DNA of 64,000 nucleotides, taken from assembly GCA_051530055.1 (NCBI GenBank), contig CM121342.1:7136668-7200667 (forward strand), written 5' to 3'. The stretch is from Neoechinorhynchus agilis. Taxonomy: Eukaryota; Animalia; Acanthocephala. This document shows, one piece after another, positions 37,973 through 48,652 of the stretch. The notes beneath the pieces were generated by a model, which saw nothing but the letters and a program-made list of their open reading frames with translations, did no database searches and was not told where the DNA came from. Every line of letters starts with the position of its first letter. Position 1 is the stretch's first letter. The translations under genes were made by a program, and so were the position numbers.

Positions 37973-38363
37973 TTACGCGACAGATTGGGCACATGAAGCG
38001 ATTTTGGGCCACAGGTCAGCGCATTCTTTAGCCACAGGTCCAGTAATGGCTGATCCTTTCATTTCTCCTTTTTCATTGACGATAACTCCTGCATTATCTT
38101 CAAAATAAATGAAAGTTCCATCTTTTCGTCTATAAGGTTTTCGTTGACGGATAACAACGGCCAACAGCACTTTTTTCCTCAGTTCCGGTTTTCCCTTTTT
38201 CACGGTAATCATGACGAGATCTCCAACACAAGCGGCCGGTAGACGATTGAGCCTAGCGCCCCATCCTCTGACGCTAATGATGAACATATTCTTAGCTCCA
38301 GTGTTATCGGCGCAATTGATGACGGCACCACTCGGTAGACCTAGAGATATCCGATACTTTTTA
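37973..38363 (-). CDS. RPL23: 60S ribosomal protein uL14 (RPL23); start codon and first exon not found
   Basis: [24 protein letters not shown]...[10 protein letters not shown]...[10 protein letters not shown]...[33 protein letters not shown]. Confidence 0.92.
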
Positions 38364-38738
38364 TCCGAGATTCGCGAGATCCCGTTGGTGTGATCGAATT
38401 TTCAAGAAGAAGATAAGGAATAGATCGCTCGCCTGAAAAAATTAGTGAAAATGTATTCTGCATCAACTTTTATGTTTTGTTCGTCACTTCCCTATGGATT
38501 ACTAATATTCGACCAAACGATTAGGAATTTATTGGTAATGATCACAATCTAAATGGAACCACGGCTCCTCCAATTCGTAAGCCGTTCGCTATTCAAAGCG
38601 AAAGAATTCATGAAAAAAGACGGTCCTATGCTCAAAAATGGGCCCATCGTTTACGTTTCAGCGATTCAACGTCCAATGCTTTCGTAGCTTTAAGAATCGG
38701 GAGATATTGATTTGACGATTTCTCGCTTTTCTCTCTAT

Positions 38739-39620
38739 CGCTATTTCATATTTCTCCCTTTACTCAAATTCATTTGAAGGAATCTTTAAGTTCTTTTTGG
38801 GAAATCATTAAATAGATTTTACCGATATTCAATTTGTTTTCAAAGAAAAATCACACTTTAATGTTTCTCTTTCAAATTTGAACTTCTCGCTATTTCATAT
38901 TTCTCCCTTTACTCAAATTCATTTGAAGGAATCTTTAAGTACTTTTTGGGAAATCCTTAAATACATTTTACCGATATTCAATATGTTTTCACGAAAAATC
39001 ACACTTTAATGTTTCTCTTTCAAATTTGAACTTCTCGCTATTTCATATTTCTCCCTTTACTCAAATTCATTTGAAGGAATCTTTAAGTTCTTTTTGGGAA
39101 ATCATTAAATAGATTTTACCGATATTCAATATGTTTTCATAGAAAAATCACACTTTAATGTTTCTCTTTCAAATTTGAACTTCTCGCTATTTCATATTTC
39201 TCCCTTTACTCAAATTCATTTGAAGGAATCTTTAAGTTCTTTTTGGGAAATCATTAAATAGATTTTACCGATATTCAATTTGTTTTCAAAGAAAAATCAC
39301 ACTTTAATGTTTCTCTTTCAAATTTGAACTTCTCGCTATTTCATATTTCTCCCTTTACTCAAATTCATTTGAAGGAATCTTTAAGTTCTTTTTGGGAAAT
39401 CATTAAATAGATTTTACCGATATTCAATTTGTTTTCATAGAAAAATCACACTTTAATGTTTCTCTTTCAAATTTGAACTTCTCGCTATTTCATATTTCTC
39501 CCTTTACTCAAATTCATTTGAAGGAATCTTTAAGTTCTTTTTGGGAAATCTTTCTCGATATACAATATTGTTTTCATGGAAAAATCACACTTTAATGTGT
39601 GTTTCTCTCTCTCAAATCTG
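38739..39620. repeat. Tandem satellite F, 149-bp unit, ~6 copies
   Basis: cgctatttcatatttctccc at 38739, 38888, 39036, 39185, 39334, 39483. Confidence 0.96.
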
Positions 39621-39711
39621 AACCGTTGAATACTAATATTCGTCCAAAAAAGAAGTTTTCTTAATAGATATCGACTAAAAGTACTTTGGTTTTTAGATAC
39701 GATTATTTCAG

Positions 39712-40060
39712 ATGGCTTCAGAAGTTGACTCTCAGGATGTTCAGAATGACCCCGTTGTTTATCTGTTGGAAGATCTTCAAACTGCACATCAGTCATTGCT
39801 TGAGGAAGCATCGAATACATTTGAGAATCGTTTTGAACAATTCAAATCGGTAAGATAACATTTGTGAACTCAATTCTTTGAACATTTTGTACCTCGCTCG
39901 CTGTTAGGTGTTTGTTTCTATTCTTAATCTAAAATCGGAGTTGGAAGCCATCCATTCGGCTTCTGAGAACTATGTCAATGAGTTACATGAGCGTCAGCGT
40001 GAAGCAAAAGCGCACATGATGACATTGATGAACTCATTGTTTGGAGGAGAATGCGATTAA
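39712..40060 (+). CDS. Small unidentified coiled-coil-like protein, two exons (canonical intron about 39850-39907)
   Basis: tttcag|ATG start; MASEVDSQDVQNDPVVYLLEDLQ...FEQFKS|gtaaga...ctgttag|...ELEAIHSASENYVNELHERQREAKAHMMTLMNSLFGGECD*. Confidence 0.5.
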
Positions 40061-40121
40061 TTTTTAATGTTGTCAAAAATATCTTTCCCAAACCCCATTA
40101 TTTGCAGATAAATTTTCCGCT

Positions 40122-43100
40122 ATGATCGCTCAAATCGTTCGATTTTCTTCTCGTGAATTATTTCTTCACCCTCATCGTTTGCTTGCTTCGGCTGCGGGCA
40201 CACGACCGCCTCCTCCTCCTCCGATGGCGAAAAAGCTATTTCAAAGGGATAAACCCCATGTTAATGTTGGAACCATTGGTCACATCGACCATGGAAAGAC
40301 TACACTCACATCAGCGATCACATTTGTTTTGAACAGAGAGAAAATGGCAGATTTTCGGTCTTATGAGGATATTGACAAAGCTCCAGAGGAACGGAAACGG
40401 GGAATCACCATAAATGCGACTCACGTCGATTACAGTACTAATAATCGACACTATGGCCATGTTGATTGTCCTGGTCATGCGGATTATATTAAAAATATGA
40501 TCACAGGAAGTTCTCAAATGGACGGTGCAATCCTTGTTGTCGCTGCTACTGATGGTGTAATGCCACAAACTCGTGAACATTTACTTCTTGCAAAACAAAT
40601 CGGTGTAGATCGTGTTGTCGTTTTCCTCAATAAAACCGATAGCGCCGATGAGGAAATGATCGAGTTAGTCGAAATCGAACTACGTGAACTTTTACATGAT
40701 CTTGGATTTTCTGAAGATGTTCCCATTGTCAAAGGATCAGCTTTGTATGCTTTGAAAGAAAAGGAAGATGACGGACAAGGTAAACGGGCAATACATGAAT
40801 TACTTGAAGCTGTCGATTCTTATATCAACGAACCTAAAAGACAATCCGACAAAGATTTTTTAATGCCGATTGAACATGTCTATGGAATAGAAAATAAAGG
40901 TACTGTGGTCAGTGGAAAGGTGCTAAGAGGAACGTGCAAGAAATCAGATTCAATGGAGGTTGTCGGCTTTGATAAAGTGTATAAAACAGTCATAAATGGA
41001 CTTGAAATGTATCATCAAACTGTCGAAAAAGGACTTCCTGGTGATCAATTGGGCGTTTTGATTAAAGGAGTCAAAAGGGATGCCGTCCGACGAGGAATGT
41101 GCCTCGCTAAGATGGTTCATCTGATCACAACCATTCAACTGCTTTCGTTTTTTTTGAAATCCAATCGCTTCACATAAAAACATGAACATTTTCCTAAAAT
41201 TCATTTTCCCATACAGAATTTTTTGTCGTAGAATCTTAAGGATCTAAAATAACAAACTGCAATATTTAATAGGTTTAACTTCGATGCGTTCTTTTAGTTC
41301 GTTGTTTTTCATGTGAGCGGTTGGTTGTTGGATTGTCGACTGATTTCTTAACCGCATGTTGTTTTTCGTTTCAATTGTCATTTTATTTAAGTAATTTCCG
41401 CGGTTGAAACAAATGTATTCTTGTTGTTGTGTAGTGGCGACAAAATTTTTGTAAATTTATTAAATCGATCTTTCGGCTCAATCAAGGGCACAACGTATGC
41501 AAAGACAATCTTGATAAAGGCTCTGGATTGATCCGAATCGAAAAATTTACATAGTTTTTGTCGCCACTACACATCAATCATGAGCAGTTCATAGCGATCA
41601 TTTTTATAGTTTGAATCTCAACCTTCTGCACTAATAGAAAACAGTAGAAACAATCTTGATAAAGGCTCTGGATTGATCCAAATCGTTAAATTTACATAGT
41701 TTTTGTCGCCACTACACATCAATCATGAGCAGTTCATAGCGATCATTTTTATAGTTTGAATCTCAACTTTCTGCACTACTAGAAAACCGTAAAAACAATC
41801 TTGATAAAGGCTCTGGATTGATCCGAATCGATAAATTTACAACTAATGAGCAGTTCATAGCGATCATTTTTATAGTTTGAATCTCAAATTTCTGCACTAA
41901 TAGAAAACAGTAGAGACAATCTTGATAAAGGCTCTGGATTGATCCGAATCGATAAATTTATAATTTTTGTCGCCACTACACATCAATCATGAGCAGTTCA
42001 TAGCGATCATTTTTATAGTTTGAATCTCAACTTTCTGCACTAATAGAAAACCGTAAAAACAATCTTGATAAAGGCTCTGGATTGATCCGAATCGATAAAT
42101 TTACAACTAATGAGCAGTTCATAGCGATCATTTTTATAGTTTGAATCTCAACTTTCTGCACTAATAGAAAACAGTAGAAACAATCTTGATAAAGGCTCTG
42201 GATTGATCCGAATCGATAAATTTACATAGTTTTTGTCGCCACTACACATCAATCATGAGCAGTTCATAGCGATCATTTTTATAGTTTGAATCTCAACTTT
42301 CTGCACTAATAGAAAACAGTAACAATCTTGATAAAGGCTCTGGATTGATCGAATCGATAAATTTACAAATCATGAGCAGTTCATAGCGATCATTTTTATA
42401 GTTTGAATCTCAACTTTCTGCACTAATAGAAAACCGTAAAAACAATCTTGATAAAGGCTCTGGATTGATCCGAATCGATAAATTTACATAGTTTTTGTCG
42501 CCACTACACATCAATCATGAGCAGTTCATAGCGATCATTTTTATAGTTTGAATCTCAACTTTCTGCACCACTAGAAAACCGTAAAAACAATCTTGATAAA
42601 GGCTCTGGATTGATCCAAATCGATAAATTTACATAGTTTTTGTCGCCACTACACATCAATCATGAGCAGTTCATAGCGATCATTTTTATAGTTTGAATCT
42701 CAGCTTTCTGCACTACTAGAAAACCGTAAAAACAATCTTGATAAAGGCTCTGGATTGATCCGAATCGATAAATTTACATAGTTTTTGTCGCCACTACACA
42801 TCAATCATGAGCAGTTCATAGCGATCATTTTTATAGTTTGAATCTCAACTTTCTGCACTACTAGAAAACCGTAAAAACAATCTTGATAAAGGCTCTGGAT
42901 TGATCCGAATCGATAAATTTACATAGTTTTTGTCGCCACTACACATCAATCATGAGCAGTTCATAGCGATCATTTTTATAGTTTGAATCTCAACTTTCTG
43001 CACCACTAGAAAACCGTAAAAACAATCTTATAAAGGCTCTGGATTGATCCAAATCGTTAAATTTACATAGTTTTTGTCGCCACTACACATCAATCATGAG

Positions 43101-43840
43101 CAGTTCATAGCGATCATTTTTATAGTTTGAATCTCAACTTTCTGCACTAATAGAAAACAGTTGAAACAATCTTTTAAAGGCTCTGGATTGATCCAAATCG
43201 TTAAATTTATACAGTTTTTGTCGCCACTACACATCAATCATGAGCAGTTCATACCGATCATTTTTATAGTTTGAATCTCAACTTTCTGCACTACTAGAAA
43301 ACAGTAGAAACAATCGTGATAAAGGCTCTGGATTGTCGCCACTACGCATCAATCATGAGCAGTTTCACTTTTAAATAGATGTCTTTGGACCGAATAAAAA
43401 TTCTCTCTCTCTAAAAGTTACACTGGATATCCTAATGATTTTTGTCAAATTAAAAACTCAGCAATTCTTCGATAGACGACCAGATAATCATCAATAAACC
43501 ATCTAGTATAAAATCATTCAATCATATCAAAGCCCAGATTTATACCCTTACACCCAATGAAGGGGGCCGAGACACTCCAATAGGATTCTTGGACCGTCTT
43601 ACTCTTTACTCGTTGACATGGAATGTGGATGCGAAAGTGAAGATCAATGAAGAATTGGAACCTTCACGTCAAATGATATTACCTGGTGAAGATGCTCATG
43701 TTGAAGTTGCATTTAGACGAACTCTTCCACTTGAGGTAGGACAACGGTTTACGCTTAGAGATGGATCTTTTACCGTTGGTACTGGTTTGATAACTCATAC
43801 ACTGGAGCCGATAGAGCAGTTGGAATTCAGGAAATTGTGA
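40122..43840 (+). CDS. TUFM: Mitochondrial elongation factor Tu; exon 1 40122-41109, insert 41110-43494, exon 2 from about 43497
   Basis: Presequence; [44 protein letters not shown]; exon 2 [46 protein letters not shown]. Confidence 0.93.
41506..43365. repeat. Tandem satellite G, ~145-bp and ~121-bp unit variants, ~14 copies, inside the EF-Tu insert
   Basis: caatcttgataaaggctctgg at 41506, 41651, 41796, 41917, 42060, 42181, 42323, 42443, 42588, 42733... Confidence 0.96.
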
Positions 43841-43905
43841 ATGAACATAAAAAGCGAATAGAAAAAGATGAATGAATGCTCTCAAGAAAGAAATCTATTT
43901 TTGTT

Positions 43906-45633
43906 TTAAACTACGGCCCATCTTTTTATAGCACCATCTAATCCTCCGGTTAAAAAGTTATTATTGTTAATCCAAGAAAGTGTAATCACTGGGCTGTTTA
44001 CGTGAGCGTTATGGATCTTTCTAACCGGTTTCCGAATATCCTCAGGATCATAAACAAACACATGAGAGTCGACACCCGATGACGCAAGGTAACGTCCATC
44101 GGGACTCCATGAAAGATCGGTTATTTTAGCAGCATGATGATGCCACAGATTTAATGAAATATCCCTACATTCAAATCCTTGTTTCCTTTCCCAACATCTT
44201 ATTAAATGTGTCTGAAAAGCAGCAGCGATTACGTTTTTGTCCGATGAACATGCCACTTTAACAACTCCACCTTGTGTTCACATTGAATCTCACCGTTGGA
44301 AACTTTTCTCCCTCCCCCGGACGTACGGAGATCCAACAATCCGACCCGTATTTATAGCTACTTCACAAACAAACGAATTCCCTTCGATTTTCAGACAAGA
44401 AACATTTCCGTATACATCTCCGACGTATACTCTACCACCCGCAGATGCATCAACCGATGTCAATGATCCATGAAACAGTCGATAATCAAACGTAGACACT
44501 GACGAGTCTGTGGTGAGTTGAACGGATACAGTTCGATCAGGTAAAATCACGACGCATGAATTGTCATCAATCGCACATAAATCAACAAGATCAGTTTCAG
44601 CGCTTATAACTAATTTACTTTTTTTATTTTCCACGTCAAATTGAAATAACTGGTTGTTTAAGACGATCCAACATTTCGTAGTACAATACCTTGCGGATAC
44701 TAGACGCGTTGAATAGAGTTTATCGTCTTTAAGACGATACTCATCGAATGAACTGATCATCTGTGGATTATCGGAATCGGCATTTTTTATGAAGAGCAAG
44801 TGTCCTTCAGCTGAAATTGAGATCAATTGAGCGCAACAAAACACAGTGGACATTGATGTGATCGCTGTTGAGTGACCCTTAATCCAACATTTAGACGAGA
44901 AAAAGTACCTCAATACGATGCACAATACGAGATTCATTGTCTGTGTTAGAAACTATATTCAATCTACCACTTAACGAAACCGACACTATTAGATTTGCTA
45001 GTAACGAAATACATCCCACTTGTTGATCCTCTCGTCCAATTCCAATCGTTAATTTACTAAACCAATTTTTGGGTCCGTAACAAAATCCAATCACAAGACC
45101 GACCTTTTCAAATTATCCGTCTCCCACACTCTCAATGTTCCCATACCGTCTACACTGCAAAAACTCATTGGGCCCAACCAACAGAGACCAAGTATACTAG
45201 AACTTTTATCGGGATGTTTAAGAGTCCATACGGGATCCGAAGTTTGTCCTTCGATCACTGATACCTTTTGTTTTAAAAACAAAACCATTAATTTCAATAT
45301 AAAGAAGAAAAATACCAGTCCACTCGATCCAGCGAATGCAAGATATTGCCCGTCTTCACTATATCGAACCACATTCACGAATCCACAATTGGTCTACTCA
45401 GTTGTAAAGGTTGACGGGTGTGTTCAATTTGCTTTTAAAAAACGAATCTTACGTCTATCCGCTTTGAAAGCTTAAATGGAGGACCCTCAAACACACAAAC
45501 AAGGCCATCTTCACTCCCAGTCGCAATACGAAATGGTCGTATCGGTCGAAACGATACACTATTTATGGTTCGACTCATTCCCATTATCTCACCAATCGAT
45601 GATCCCGTCGATACATTGAACACGTGCCCGAAT
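43906..45633 (-). CDS. WDR1: WD repeat protein 1 / AIP1, 3' portion only (about residue 135 onward), 5 short canonical introns
   Basis: RFGHVFNVSTGSSIGEI.G..RTINSVSFRP.RPFRIATGSED...FEGPPFK; EDQQVGC..SVSLSG; HHAAKITDLSWSPDG..ASSGVD; AH...V..LSW...LTGGLDGAIKRW. Confidence 0.87.
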
Positions 45634-47100
45634 CTGAATTTACGTTTAATGCTTTTGTGAGACAAAAATACGAAAAAAGGATACATTTTTATCAGAATGA
45701 CTTTTTTGTCACTAAAAAAATCAGTAATAGTTGATCATTTTAAAAAAGTGGTGTGCAAAATCTAATCGGAAAAGCATGTGAGGAAATTTTAGGAATATTT
45801 CTTCTATTATTTAAATTTCTATTACTGCCCGAATCTGAATTTACGTTTAATGCTTTTGTGAGACAAAAAAATACGAAAAAAAAGATACATTTTTATCAGA
45901 ATAACTTTTTTGTCACTAGAAAAATCTGTAATAGATGATCATTTTGAAAAAGTGGTGTGCAAAATCTAATCGGAAAGGCATGTGAGGAAATTTTAGGAAT
46001 ATTTCTTCTATTATTTAAATTTCTATTACTGCCCGAATCTGAATTTTCGTTGAATCCTTTTGTGAGACAAAAAACACGAAAAATAAAGAAACAATTTTAT
46101 CAGAATGACTTTTTTGATACTAAATAAATCTGTAATAGTTGATCATTTTAAAAAAAGTGGTGTCCAAAATCTAATCGGAAAGGCATGTGAGGAAATTTTA
46201 GGAATATTTCTTTTATTATTTAAATTTCTATTACTGCCCGAATCTGAATTTACGTTTAACCCTTTTGTGAGACAAAAAAAACACGAAAAAAAGATACATT
46301 TTTATCAGAATGACTTTTTTGTCACTAAAAAAATCAGTAATAGTCGATCATTTTGAAAAAGTGGTGTGCAAAATCTAATCGGAAAGGTATGTGAGGAAAT
46401 TTTAGGAATATTTCTTCTATTATTTATATTTGTATTACTGCCCGAATCTGAATATACGTTTAATCCTTTTGTGAGACAAAAAACACGAAAAAAAAGATAC
46501 ATTTTATCAGAATGACTTTTTTGTCACTAAAAAAATCAGTAATAGTTGATCATTTTGAAAAAGTGGTGTGCAAAATCTAATCGGAAAAGCATGTGAGGAA
46601 ATTTTAGGAATATTTCTTCTATTATTTAAATTTCTACTACTGCCCGAATCTGAATTTACGTTTAATGCTTTTGTGAGACAAAAAACACGAAAAAAAGGTA
46701 CATTTTTATCAGAATGACTTTTTTGTCACTAAAAAAATCTGTAATAGTTGATCATTTTGAAAAAGTGGTGTGCAAAATCTAATCGGAAAGGCATGTGAGG
46801 AAATTTTAGGAATATTTCTTCTATTATTTAAATTTCTACTACTGCCCGAATCTGAATATACGTTTAATCCTTTTGTGAGACAAAAAACACGAAAAAAAAG
46901 ATACATTTTATCAGAATGACTTTTTTGTCACTAAAAAAATCTGTAATAGTTGATCATTTTGAAAAAGTGGTGTGCAAAATCTAATCGGAAAGGCATGTGA
47001 GGAAATTTTAGGAATATTTCTTTTATTATTTATATTTGTATTACTGCCCGAATCTGAATTTACGTTTAATCCTTTTGTGAGACAAAAAACACGAACAAAA
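45625..47100. repeat. Tandem satellite H, ~203-bp unit, ~7 copies, overlapping the WDR1 acceptor
   Basis: gcccgaatctgaat at 45626, 45827, 46031, 46236, 46440, 46642, 46844, 47046. Confidence 0.96.
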
Positions 47101-47180
47101 GATAATGAAGGATGTTCGTCTCAAAATTGAAACGAGAATAACTCGAGAACCATGATAGCTATCCCGAAAATGAAATTAGG

Positions 47181-47381
47181 AACAAAATATTTGGCGTTAA
47201 AGGCGAAAACGTTCCTTCTTCTACAAATACGATAATGTGTTTATCCAAATATTGATACCAAAACATCAACATTTTGCTTTGATCGAATATTTAAAGTCAC
47301 TCTTTTTAATCCAAACTTAGAAAGACATTGTACAAAAAATGAAGTTTTTTTAATAATTTAAGAGACAATCTATTACCCAAT
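47181..47381 (+). repeat. Dispersed ~200-bp repeat, second copy at 60685-60884
   Basis: Shared aacaaaatatttgg..ggcgaaaacgttcctt..acgataatgtgtt..atttaagagacaatctattacccaat. Confidence 0.85.
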
Positions 47382-47712
47382 TTGTAAAAAGTCGAATATT
47401 TCAAGAATACAATAAAAAAATTATTTTTGCATCTCGCAATCACACTTAAATGCGATCGTTCTTTGAAATTTAAAATCAGTTGCTTTATTTTTTAAATAGG
47501 ATAGGACTTGGCGGCTTCATTTTATTGCTGCCTAGTTTCCTTTAGGCCGCTAGAGGGAGAATTATAATTGGGAAGAAAACTTTGCCGTCCGTGTCGTCCT
47601 CGAAGTAAAAGGATTTTGAGCTAAGTGTATCCCTCAGGCGGGCAAGAATATCGTTAAGAAAATTGAGGAAAGACATATAACTCAGCAGACGGACGAAATA
47701 TTTCAATAAAAG

Positions 47713-48420
47713 TCATCTTGGATATTGTCCGGGTTGCAATCCGAGACTGAAGCGAACTGGTTGGGCGTTGCTGGTTATATCAAGATGTTCAGCTAGTTGG
47801 TTCTGCATATTATTGAAGAGCATTGTTATTCGGTGCGACACTTCCTCCAATACTTTCTCAAAGATTCTCTGACATATTATATTCTCATTCAAGATGCTTC
47901 GACCGTTATCAGCAGCGGCCTTAGGAGTCTCCTGGACCACGGTTTTAGATACCATCGTAGGAATCTAGTTTTTGTTGCTAGCACCCGATGTACCCGCTCT
48001 ACAAGCGTTTACATTTTCCTTGAAGCAGCGGCATCCTTTAAAATAACTCCTATGAGGACCACCACAATTTCCGCACTTGACAATCTTGTTGTTGCAGACT
48101 GGCATATGATAGAGTTCTGAGCAGAAGCAGCATTTTTGAATTTTGCTGGCTTTGTTCGTCTTAAAATAACAGTCGAAATGAATTTATTACAACTCAAAAA
48201 TTTAATTTTTGCTGCACCTGTAGCCAATAGTGTTTTCCGTCATTGTGATATTTGACAAATGACGAATAGTCGTCCATATATTCTTTATTAACAGAGACCA
48301 TTTTTAGGGTTCCGTTCCAGAGGTTGACTTTATTCTAACAATATTATCTTCCTTCTTCGTATCAAGCCATGGTTTGAGGAATCCCGACCAAGTAGATTCC
48401 TTTGTTGATACTTATATCGC
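47713..48420 (-). mobile_element. Degenerate ORF1 remnant of a second, diverged LINE of the same group
   Basis: Zinc knuckle KCGNCGGPHRSYFKGC and LEEVSH..MQNQL parallel HCANCQGPHAAFFKGC and LEEVCN..MQARI in the adjacent LINE ORF1; multiple stops. Confidence 0.65.
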
Positions 48421-48652
48421 CGTCATCTTGCAGACATAATTTTGTTTTTTAATCGACAGATCAATGTAACGGTTGAGGATTTGCATCCTCGACAATGTCT
48501 ATTTGAAGCTTTTTGGGTGGCCGTATGCCTCCCTCCACCCCGCAACACTAGGTGGTTGCGATAACATTCTGAACCCTTTTGCCCCTCCCTAAAAAAAGAG
48601 AATTTATTCAGCATATCGAGTATAAGTCAGTGCGATGGACAATGAGTATAAA

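Noticed and set aside
41110-41150. Start of the EF-Tu insert resembles the downstream exon (tandem-duplication origin of the intron)
   Set aside because: Similarity is short, AT-rich and gapped; the TA plus TIR explanation is more specific.
1-47100. Tandem arrays as CRISPR arrays
   Set aside because: Whole units repeat with no unique spacers; eukaryotic context and no cas genes.
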